The notes below the pieces were generated by a model that was not told the DNA's origin, searched no databases, and saw only the letters and a program-made list of their open reading frames with translations. Below are positions 42,850 through 50,969 of a stretch of 64,000 nt of DNA, in pieces. This DNA is from an uncultured delta proteobacterium (GTDB lineage Bacteria > Myxococcota > Myxococcia > Myxococcales > Myxococcaceae): NCBI GenBank assembly GCA_963776345.1, contig CAVZMH010000022.1:192001-256000 (forward strand), given 5' to 3'. Position 1 is the first letter of the stretch, and every line of letters starts with the position of its first letter. The translations under genes were made by a program, and so were the position numbers.

Positions 42850-43272
42850 GTGACGCTCCACTGGACCCCCCGCGAGCGACGCTTCACGCTCCTGCACGCG
42901 CTCGGGCTGGCCGGCGCGCTGGGGCTGCTCGTCGCGCGCTTCGTCCCGGTGGCGCGCCTGCCCCTCTGGCGGTGCGTGTTCCGGGAGCACACCGGCTGGC
43001 CGTGCCCCGGATGCGGGCTGACCCGGGCCGCGGACGGGCTCGCGCATCTGCGGTTCGGCTTCGCCTTCGAGTCGAACCCGCTGGGTGCGCTCGCCGGCTG
43101 CCTCCTGGCGGGGGCGGCGGTGCTGGGGCTCGTGCAGTGGGTGTTCCGGCTGTCGCTCCCGGTGCCGCAGCTCGCGCCGGGCGAGGCCCGCGCCGGACGG
43201 GCGGCGCTGGTCGCGGCGCTCGTCGCCAACTACGCCTTCGTCATCGTCCAGACCCGCCTCGGCTGGCGATGA
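42850..43272 (+). CDS. DUF2752 family membrane protein
   Basis: CVFREHTGWPCPGCGLTRA...SNP signature. Confidence 0.85.
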   Translation: MTLHWTPRERRFTLLHALGLAGALGLLVARFVPVARLPLWRCVFREHTGWPCPGCGLTRAADGLAHLRFGFAFESNPLGALAGCLLAGAAVLGLVQWVFRLSLPVPQLAPGEARAGRAALVAALVANYAFVIVQTRLGWR

Positions 43273-43850
43273 TCGCCGCCGGTCTGGTGCTGCTGGGGTA
43301 CCTCTCGGGGAGCGTCCCGTTCGGCTTGCTCCTGGTGCGGGCGACGCGCGGGGTGGACGTCCGCGAGCGGGGGAGCGGCAACATCGGCGCGACCAACGTG
43401 GCCCGGGTCGCCGGCAAGCCGCTGGGCGTGCTGGTCCTGATGCTCGACGCGCTCAAGGGTACGTTCCCGGTGCTGCTCGCCCGCTCGGTGGACCCTGGGG
43501 CCCTGGTGCCGGCCGCGGTGGGCCTAGCCGCCTTCGCCGGGCACGTCGCGCCGCCCTGGCTCGGGTTCAGGGGAGGGAAGGGCGTGGCCACCGCGCTGGG
43601 GGTGCTCGCGGTGCTCGCCCCCCGGGCGGCGCTGGCCGGCGCGGTGACCTACGGGGTGGTGCTGGTGGCGCTGCGCATCAGCTCGGTGGGCTCACTGCTC
43701 GCCGGAATCGTCGCGGTCGCGGTGGCCTGGCTGGTGCCGGGCACTCCGCCCGCTTCCGCCGCGCTGACCTCGGTGCTCTTCGTGGCGATGCTCTGGACGC
43801 ACCGCGGGAACATCGGACGACTGCTCCGGCGTGGCGAGCACCGGGTCTAG
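43269..43850 (+). CDS. plsY: Glycerol-3-phosphate acyltransferase PlsY
   Basis: GSGNIGATN, DALKG, FRGGKGVAT and HRGNI motifs. Confidence 0.95.
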   Translation: MIAAGLVLLGYLSGSVPFGLLLVRATRGVDVRERGSGNIGATNVARVAGKPLGVLVLMLDALKGTFPVLLARSVDPGALVPAAVGLAAFAGHVAPPWLGFRGGKGVATALGVLAVLAPRAALAGAVTYGVVLVALRISSVGSLLAGIVAVAVAWLVPGTPPASAALTSVLFVAMLWTHRGNIGRLLRRGEHRV

Positions 43851-44999
43851 ATAGCCGCGCGCGGCGTACTCGAGCAGCGTGCACTCGATGGGCCCGTTCC
43901 AGAGCGGACGCCGGCGGAGCGGTCGGTGGTGGAACGCCGCCTCGAAGGCCGGGTTGCCGGAGAGGACGGCGAGCCGGAATCCGGGCAGCGCCCCGAGGCG
44001 CTCCCCGAGGTGGAAGTAGAAGGTCTTCATCCCCTTCTGTCCGCCCGCGGTGAGCCGGTCTCCGTAGGGCGGGTTGGTGACCAGGAGACCGTGGTCGAGG
44101 TCGCCGAGCGGGAGGGGGTGCGTGGCGTCGGCCTCGTCGACGGAGATCTCCCGCTCCAGGCGCGCCGCGCGGACGTTGGCCCTCGCCGCCTCGAGGGCCT
44201 CGGCGTTCCGGTCGAACCCGCGGATGGGGAACGGCGCCCGCCGCTCGTTGGCCCGCGCCTCGGCGCGGAGGCGGTCGAGCGCGGCCTTGGCCTCGGCGCC
44301 GAGGGAGGGCCAGCGCTCGATGCCGAAGGTGCGGTGGACCGACGGAGCGCGCCGGACGGCGATCAGGCCCGCCTCGATGAGGAAGGTCCCCGAGCCGCAC
44401 ATCGGGTCGACCAGGGCCTCGTCTCCCGTGTAGCGGACGGCGCGGAGGATGGCTGCGGCGAGCGTCTCCTTGAGCGGGGCCACCGTCGGCCGAACCCGGT
44501 ACCCGCGCTGGTTCAGGGGTGCGCCGGCCACGTCGAGCGAGAGGGAGAGCCGGGTGCCGGCGAGGTGGGCCACCACGCGCACGTCGGGGCGTCGGGTGTC
44601 CACGTCGGGCCGCGCGCCTCGGCGCTCGCGAAGCCGGTCGACGACGGCGTCCTTGATCTTCAGCGCCACGAATCCCGAGTGGGTGTGCTCGGAGTCGCGC
44701 AGGGTGGCCTCGACGGCGAACGTCGCCCGGGGGTCGAGGTGCTCCTCCCAGGGAACGTCGTGGGCCGCGTCGTAGAGGCCCTCCGCTCCCCGTGCCTCGG
44801 CCTCCGCCAGAGGCCAGAGCAGCCGCATGGCGATGCGCGACCAGAGCGCGATCCGGAGCGCCTCGTTCAGGTTGGCGGAGAACCGCACGCCCCCGCGATC
44901 CGCGCGCACCCGGGCGGCGCCGAGCTCGGTGAGCTCCTCGGCGAGGAGGTCCTCGGTCCCGCGGGCGGCGGTGGCGAATAGGGGGAGGCGGCGGGGCAT
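43692..44999 (-). CDS. THUMP-domain rRNA m2G methyltransferase (RlmL/YpsC-like); true end possibly ~43847
   Basis: THUMP domain, RGYR, APLKETLAAA, DPMCGSGTF, TNPPYG and LWNGPIEC motifs. Confidence 0.88.
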   Translation of the reverse strand: MPRRLPLFATAARGTEDLLAEELTELGAARVRADRGGVRFSANLNEALRIALWSRIAMRLLWPLAEAEARGAEGLYDAAHDVPWEEHLDPRATFAVEATLRDSEHTHSGFVALKIKDAVVDRLRERRGARPDVDTRRPDVRVVAHLAGTRLSLSLDVAGAPLNQRGYRVRPTVAPLKETLAAAILRAVRYTGDEALVDPMCGSGTFLIEAGLIAVRRAPSVHRTFGIERWPSLGAEAKAALDRLRAEARANERRAPFPIRGFDRNAEALEAARANVRAARLEREISVDEADATHPLPLGDLDHGLLVTNPPYGDRLTAGGQKGMKTFYFHLGERLGALPGFRLAVLSGNPAFEAAFHHRPLRRRPLWNGPIECTLLEYAARGYLDPVLATPEQSSDVPAVRPEHRHEEHRGQRGGSGRSARHQPGHRDRDDSGEQ

Positions 45000-45084
45000 G
45001 ACGACCGACCACGGCTACTGTCTTCCCCCGGTTCACTGCAAGCGTGGTTGACTCGGGGCCGCCGTTCAACCGCGGAGGCATGCG

Positions 45085-45558
45085 ATGCGCCGAGCCGTGC
45101 TGAGCCTGGTGGTGTGCGCCGTCCCGCTCGTGGCCTGGGCTTCGGATGGTGGGGCCAAGGCGGGGATCGACGCCGGGAACCGGAGGTTCGAGGCGGCCCT
45201 GGCGAAGGGCGACGCGGCCGCCCTCGCGAAGCTTTATGCGACCGACGCAGAGATCCTCCCGCCGGGTGGACCGATGGTGAAGGGCCGCGAGGCGATCGAG
45301 AAGTTCTACGGGGGAGTGCTGGCGCAGGGGTTCAAGAAGATCGTCCTGACCACCCACGAGGTGCACGCCGTGGGGAACATGGCGGCAGAGGTGAACAGCT
45401 GGCGGATCGAGGACGCGGCGGGGAAGGGCCTGGAAGGGAAGGGCCTGGTGCTGTGGAAGAAGACCGGAAGCACCTGGCAGCTCTACCGCGACATCTGGAA
45501 CGACAACGGTCAGCCTGAGCCGCCCAAGGCCGAGAAGGCTGCTCCGGCAGCCAAGTAG
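45085..45558 (+). CDS. Secreted NTF2/SnoaL-like (DUF4440/YybH) protein
   Basis: Signal peptide, GDAAALAKLY, GREAI and WQLYRDIWN motifs. Confidence 0.85.
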   Translation: MRRAVLSLVVCAVPLVAWASDGGAKAGIDAGNRRFEAALAKGDAAALAKLYATDAEILPPGGPMVKGREAIEKFYGGVLAQGFKKIVLTTHEVHAVGNMAAEVNSWRIEDAAGKGLEGKGLVLWKKTGSTWQLYRDIWNDNGQPEPPKAEKAAPAAK

Positions 45559-45571
45559 GGAGCGTTCGGCG

Positions 45572-46000
45572 ATGCTCGGGGAGGCTCTGATCAGCGTCGA
45601 GGCCGCGCAGCGGATGATCGACGGGAGCCCCTTCGGGCGCTGGTGGGGCTACCGGGTGGAGGAGCTGGGGCCGGGGCGCGCCCGGCTCCTGCTCCCCTTC
45701 CAGCCGCACTTCGAGCGCCCCGGCGGCGTGCTCCAGGGCGGTTGCGCGATGACCCTGTCGGACGTGTCGTTCTGGATCGCCGGGATGACGGTGATGGGCG
45801 AGGACCCGACGGCGATGACCTTGCAGATGAGCTCGTCGTTTCTCCGGCCGGCCGTGCTGGGTGACCTCCGCTCCGAGGCGCGCATCCTCCGTGCGGGACG
45901 CCGCATCCTCTACGGCGAGGCGTCGGTCACGGACATGGCCGGGAACCTCCTGACGCACCACGTGCTCACCTACATGCGGCCGGACAGCCGATCCGAATGA
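45572..46000 (+). CDS. PaaI family hotdog thioesterase
   Basis: GVLQGG...TLSD, SSFLRPA and RAGRR motifs. Confidence 0.85.
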   Translation: MLGEALISVEAAQRMIDGSPFGRWWGYRVEELGPGRARLLLPFQPHFERPGGVLQGGCAMTLSDVSFWIAGMTVMGEDPTAMTLQMSSSFLRPAVLGDLRSEARILRAGRRILYGEASVTDMAGNLLTHHVLTYMRPDSRSE

Positions 46001-46071
46001 ACGAGAGAGGTGTCAACGAGAGAGGTGTCTGACACCTCGGACGGAGACACCTCGGACGGACACCTCGGACG
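46000..46071. repeat. Palindrome with tandemly amplified arms
   Basis: AACGAGAGAGGTGTC x2 (46000-46029), a central T, then GACACCTCGGACG x3 (46031, 46046, 46059). Confidence 0.8.
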
Positions 46072-46136
46072 GGCGGACCGGCTGCCCAACTGTGCCGGCG
46101 CCCTGTCCCCCGCTGGAATAGGTTGATTTCAAGTCG

Positions 46137-46964
46137 ATGACCTCGCCCTCCCCACTCGCCACCCCGGTCCCCTGGAACCTCGTCGCCTCGGCCTACGAGG
46201 CCGAGGTGGTTCCGCAGTTCCAGCATTTCGCGCGGGAGGCCCTGCGGCTCGCCGCGCCTCCCGCCGGCTCGCGCGTGGCCGACGTCGCCTGCGGCCCGGG
46301 GACGCTGGCCCTCCTCGCGGCGAGCGCCGGGCTCACCGTCGACGCGCTCGATTTCTCCACCGAGATGATCGAACGGCTCGAGCGACGCGCCCGTTCCCTC
46401 GACCTCACGGGCGTCACGGCCCGGGTGGGCGACGGGCAGGCGCTCCCCTTCGAGGACGGCGCCTATGCCGGAGCGTTCTCCCTGTTCGGCCTCATGTTCT
46501 TCCCCGATCGGGCCAGGGGCTTTGCCGAGCTTCGTCGCATCCTGGCTCCAGGTGCGCGGGCCGTGGTCTCGAGCTGGCAACCGCTGGAGAGCGTTCCCGC
46601 GATGGCGGCGATGTTCGGCGCGCTCCGCGAAACGCTCTGGAAGACGTTCGGCCAGGGCGGCCCCCCGCAGTCGGACCAGGGGCCACTCACCACCGCGGAC
46701 GCCTGCCGCTCCGAGATGGGGAGGTCCTTCGTCGACGTGGTGGTCCATCCGGTGTCGACCGAGGTCGACTTCCCCTCGGTGGACGCGCTCTGGGAGTCGA
46801 TGCAGCGGACCATGGCGCCGATCGTGATGATGCGGCGTGGCGTCGGGGAGGAGCGCTGGGCCCCGCTATCGAGCGCCGCTCGCGCTGCGATGGCAGCGGC
46901 TCTCGGAGAGGGCCCGGTGAAGCTGGCGATGAACGCCTTGCTGACGGTGGGCGTCGCCGGATAG
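46137..46964 (+). CDS. Class I SAM-dependent methyltransferase (UbiE-like)
   Basis: VADVACGPG, LDFS, GDGQALPFED and FGLMFFPD motifs. Confidence 0.88.
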   Translation: MTSPSPLATPVPWNLVASAYEAEVVPQFQHFAREALRLAAPPAGSRVADVACGPGTLALLAASAGLTVDALDFSTEMIERLERRARSLDLTGVTARVGDGQALPFEDGAYAGAFSLFGLMFFPDRARGFAELRRILAPGARAVVSSWQPLESVPAMAAMFGALRETLWKTFGQGGPPQSDQGPLTTADACRSEMGRSFVDVVVHPVSTEVDFPSVDALWESMQRTMAPIVMMRRGVGEERWAPLSSAARAAMAAALGEGPVKLAMNALLTVGVAG

Positions 46965-46976
46965 CCCGCGCGACGG

Positions 46977-47735
46977 TCAGGCGGTGGTCGCGACGACCAG
47001 CACCACCCGGGTCGACGTCCGGTGCTGCGGAGAGGCGAGCGCCTCCAGGAACCCGCGCTCGAAGGCCGGAAACCTCGGACCGAGGAATGCCTGGAGGCCG
47101 CCCATCCGCGCGAGGCGGAGGCGCCAGGCCGTCAGCACGTCGGGGTCGGCGGGTTCGTCGAAGCTCAGCTCGTCGTCGGGCAGGATGCTCTCCGAGAGGA
47201 CTCGCAGTCCCGCGTGTCTCGCCGCCTGCGCGAGCCGGGCGCCGGAGAGGAAGTCGTAGCGTCCGGCGAGGCGCGCGGAGTCGTAGAAGCGCGGGAGCTC
47301 CGCCGCGAGCTCGGGAGCCAGAGGCCCGTGGCCGAGCAGGTCCTCCATCTCCACCAGCGCGCACCACCCGCCGGGCACGAGGCACCGGGCCCAGGCCGCG
47401 ACCAGCGGATCGAGGTCCGGGAAGTACGCGGCCACGAAGCTCGACCAGATGCCGTCGACCACTCCGAACGTCGCCGGGGTCAGCGCCGTCACGTCAGCGC
47501 GCTCGAATCGAACGTCCGGGCAACGGGCCCGGGCGACGTCTAGGAGATCTTGGTCGAGGTCCACGCCGGTCACCTGGGCCCCGAGTCGAGCCAGACGGGC
47601 AGTCACGTGGCCGACGCCACAGCCGAGATCGAGCACCCGCTGGCCTGCGACGATCGGTACCCGAGAGAGCGCTTCATCCCACCGGCGCCAGCGCTCCTGG
47701 CGTTCGTACTGCTCGGCGAGGGCGGAGGGCGGCAC
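46977..47735 (-). CDS. Class I SAM-dependent methyltransferase; start uncertain
   Basis: VLDLGCGVG, GVDLD and LVPGGW motifs. Confidence 0.82.
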   Translation of the reverse strand: MPPSALAEQYERQERWRRWDEALSRVPIVAGQRVLDLGCGVGHVTARLARLGAQVTGVDLDQDLLDVARARCPDVRFERADVTALTPATFGVVDGIWSSFVAAYFPDLDPLVAAWARCLVPGGWCALVEMEDLLGHGPLAPELAAELPRFYDSARLAGRYDFLSGARLAQAARHAGLRVLSESILPDDELSFDEPADPDVLTAWRLRLARMGGLQAFLGPRFPAFERGFLEALASPQHRTSTRVVLVVATTA

Positions 47736-47927
47736 GAGAGCCGATCTTACGCGGGCGGTCCTCGGGGGCGGCGCTTGGCGCGCGTCGTCCAACGTTGTGC
47801 ACCGGTCGGCCGGTCCATTCCAGGGCCAGTGTCGCTCCGACCCATGGTACGGATCCCTCGTGTCGGCGAGCGAGCCCGCCTCTGCCCAGCGCGACCTGTC
47901 CAAGGTTCCCGCGACGCTGACCGGTAA

Positions 47928-47946
47928 CGAGGTGTTTGACACCTCG
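47928..47946. repeat. Palindrome CGAGGTGT-TTG-ACACCTCG
   Basis: 8-bp perfect stem with the same core as 46022-46038. Confidence 0.65.
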
Positions 47947-47978
47947 AAAAGCTATGTATTAACAAGGACTTGTCCAGC

Positions 47979-50843
47979 TCAGGCGGCGCCGGCGCCGGGC
48001 ATCTCGCCGAGCGGCCGGAGCAGGACCTCGCGGGGCTTCGCGCCGTCGGCCGCGCCCACCACTCCGTCGCGCTCCATGCGCTCGATCATCCGCGCGGCGC
48101 GGTTGTAGCCGATGCGCATCTTCCGCTGGAGCATCGAGATGCTCACCTGGCGCATCTCGCTCACCGTGGCCAGCGCCTGGTCGTAGAGCTCGTCGCTCAG
48201 CTCGTCCTCCAGGCCCGCGTCGCTCAGGTCCTCCTCGCGCGGCTTGAGGATCGACTCGTCGTACACCGGCTTGCCCTGCGCCTTGAGGTGGTCGACGGCG
48301 CGCTTGATCTCCGTCTCGCTGACGAATGCCCCGTGCACCCGGACCATGTTCGCGCTGGTCGGCGGCATCAGCAGCATGTCGCCCATCCCCAGCAGCGACT
48401 CGGCGCCCACCGTCCCGAGGATGGTCATCGAGTCCGGCTTGGTCCGGAGCATGAAGCTGATGCGGGTCGGGAAGTTCGCCTTGATGACGCCGGTCACCAC
48501 GTCGGTCGACGGGCGCTGCGTCGCCACCAGGAGGTGGATGCCCGCCGCGCGCGCCATCTGCGCCAGCCGGGCGATCGACGTCTCCACCTCGCGGCTGGCG
48601 ACCATCATGAGATCGGCCAGCTCGTCGATGATCACCACCAGGTAGGGAAGCTTCTTCAGCTCCTTCGGCTTGTCGTCGGCCGGAGCGTCGGCGGAGGCCT
48701 TGACCGGCTCGCCGGCCTCTCCCTCGGCCTCCAGCGTGGTTCGCGGATCCTCCGCGGCCTCGTGCGGCGAGGGGACGCCGAGCGACTCCTCCTTGGCCCG
48801 GGCCAGCGCGTCGTCCTCGGACTCGCCCTCGCCCACGTCCACCACCAGGAGCGCGGCGGCCTTCTTCGGCTTCGGCGCCTCGCGCTTCTTCTCCAGCAGC
48901 ACGCGGGCGTCACCCTTCGCGCTCTCCACCAGCTTGTTGTAGCCGGCGATGTTCCGCACCCCGACCTCGGAGAGCAGCTGGTACCGCCGCTCCATCTCCT
49001 CCACCGCCCAGCGCAGCGCGAGCGCCGCCTTTTTTGGATCCGTGACCACCGGCAACAGGAGATGCGGAATCCCCTCGTAGACGCTCAGCTCGAGCATCTT
49101 CGGGTCCACCATGATGAAGCGGACCTCCTCCGGCGTGGCCTTGAGGAGGATGCTCATCACCATCGAGTTCACCGCCACCGACTTGCCGGACCCGGTGGTG
49201 CCCGCGGCCAGGACGTGGGGCGCCTTGGCCAGGTCCATCACGTAGGGCATCCCCTCGATGTCCTTGCCCAGCGCCATCGTCAGCTTGCTGCTCGAGCGCT
49301 GGAACACGTCCTGCTCGACGATCTCCTTCAGGAACACCGTCTCCCGGTCGCGGTTCGGCACCTCGATGCCCACCACGCCCTTGCCGGGGATGGGCGCGAC
49401 GATGCGCACCCGCATCGCCTCCATCGCCATCGCCAGGTCGTCGGCCAGCGCGGCGATCTTCGAGACCTTGATCCCGGGCCCAGGCAGGAACTCGTACATC
49501 GTGACCACGGGGCCGGGGCGGATCTCCACCACCTCGCCCACGATGCCGAAGTCCGCCAGCTTGGCCCGGAGCTTCTCCGCGGTGCTGAGGAACACTTCCT
49601 TGTCCAGCGCGCTGCGCTCGGGGCGGTCGAAGTCCAGCACGTCGAGCGGGGGCAGGGTGAACTGCGTCCGCCCACCCACGAACTCGAACTGGTCCTGCTC
49701 CTTGGGCTTGGTCGGCTTCGGCGGCGCCTTGGGCTCGACGATCAGCGGGGTGCGCGGCTCGATGGCCCGGGGCGGCGCGGGCACGATGGCCCCCACCGAG
49801 GCGGCCTCGACCGCCGCCGCCGCGGCAGGAGCCCCCACCGCCGCGGTCGCAACCGCTGCCGGCGCGGTCACGATCTCCGGCTGGTCGCCCTTGCGGCGCT
49901 TCCGTGGAGTCTCGGGCGCCTGCGGGGCGCCGTTCACCGCCGCGAGCTCGCGTGTCCAGGCCGGATCCGCTCCCGGCAGCAGCGCGGCCGGAACGTCCTT
50001 CTGCCGCTCCAGCGCGCGGCTCTCGGACTCGCGGGCCAGCCGGAGCGCCTCCTCGGCCACCGCCTCGGCCTCCATCGCCTCGGACTCGGCCTGGCTCAGC
50101 TCCTCCTCGTCGGCCTCGAGCTGGGCGAGGAACGCCGCCTCCTCCAGCTTCGACGCGGCGCGCGCCTCGGTCCGAGCCGCCCAGGACTTCTTCTGCGCCT
50201 CCCAGAACCCGAGGAGCCCGGTGCGCGCCTTCGCCCCGAGCTCGCCGAGTACGTGGCCCAGCGCCACCACCCCGCGGAGCAGCGCGAAGTTGGTGGCCAC
50301 CAGCATCGCGGCGAACGCCACCGCCGAGACGACGATCACCGTCCCCACCACGTCGAACAGGTCCACCAGCCAGGTGGACACCTCGACGCCCAGCGCGCCA
50401 CCGGGCGGGTTCCGCGGGTGCAGCCCCGGAGTCCCTAGCCCCAGCTGGACGAGCACGCAGGTGGCGACCAGCAGCACCCCCGCCGCCAGGACCTGTGGCC
50501 ACCGGCGCTTCTCGCGCTTGCCGACCAGGAGGACGCCCGAGACGTACGCCCCCGCCAGCGGGATGGCCGGCGCGGCGATGCCCAGGAAGCCGCCCAGGAG
50601 CGCCGCCAGCGCATGACCCACCGGTCCGGCGCCGTTGTGCGCGGTTCGCGGGGCGGCCAGCCCCGGGTCGGTTAGGAGCGCCACCAGGGCGAGCGAGGAC
50701 AGGGCCAGGAGCGCCACCCCGAGGAGTGCGCGCCGACCCACCCCCGACCCCTCGACGCGCCGGACCGCCAGCGCCTTCTTGCGCGAGGAGACCTCCTGCT
50801 TCGACAGGACCTTCTTCTCCGGACGGGGCCGCCTGGCCGCCAT
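47979..50843 (-). CDS. ftsK: DNA translocase FtsK
   Basis: 4-TM N-terminus, PGPVVTMYE, AGTTGSGKS, IIDELADLMM, ATQRPS and gamma domain RIGYNRAARMIE. Confidence 0.97.
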   Translation of the reverse strand: MAARRPRPEKKVLSKQEVSSRKKALAVRRVEGSGVGRRALLGVALLALSSLALVALLTDPGLAAPRTAHNGAGPVGHALAALLGGFLGIAAPAIPLAGAYVSGVLLVGKREKRRWPQVLAAGVLLVATCVLVQLGLGTPGLHPRNPPGGALGVEVSTWLVDLFDVVGTVIVVSAVAFAAMLVATNFALLRGVVALGHVLGELGAKARTGLLGFWEAQKKSWAARTEARAASKLEEAAFLAQLEADEEELSQAESEAMEAEAVAEEALRLARESESRALERQKDVPAALLPGADPAWTRELAAVNGAPQAPETPRKRRKGDQPEIVTAPAAVATAAVGAPAAAAAVEAASVGAIVPAPPRAIEPRTPLIVEPKAPPKPTKPKEQDQFEFVGGRTQFTLPPLDVLDFDRPERSALDKEVFLSTAEKLRAKLADFGIVGEVVEIRPGPVVTMYEFLPGPGIKVSKIAALADDLAMAMEAMRVRIVAPIPGKGVVGIEVPNRDRETVFLKEIVEQDVFQRSSSKLTMALGKDIEGMPYVMDLAKAPHVLAAGTTGSGKSVAVNSMVMSILLKATPEEVRFIMVDPKMLELSVYEGIPHLLLPVVTDPKKAALALRWAVEEMERRYQLLSEVGVRNIAGYNKLVESAKGDARVLLEKKREAPKPKKAAALLVVDVGEGESEDDALARAKEESLGVPSPHEAAEDPRTTLEAEGEAGEPVKASADAPADDKPKELKKLPYLVVIIDELADLMMVASREVETSIARLAQMARAAGIHLLVATQRPSTDVVTGVIKANFPTRISFMLRTKPDSMTILGTVGAESLLGMGDMLLMPPTSANMVRVHGAFVSETEIKRAVDHLKAQGKPVYDESILKPREEDLSDAGLEDELSDELYDQALATVSEMRQVSISMLQRKMRIGYNRAARMIERMERDGVVGAADGAKPREVLLRPLGEMPGAGAA

Positions 50844-50969
50844 GACGTACCGTTCCCTCGCCCCCAGAGGGGGGCTACCTGTTGCGACCTGAAGCAGCCG
50901 TCGACTGTCGAGCCAGGGGCGGGGGTGGTCAATTTTCCAGCCCTGTGCAATGCAACGAGCCTCCAGGAC

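Noticed and set aside
46000..46071. CRISPR array
   Set aside because: The repeats are 13-15 nt and abutting, with no unique spacers and no cas genes.
47947..47978. dif site next to ftsK
   Set aside because: It lacks the XerD arm (TTATGTTAAAT-like) and the 28-bp layout.
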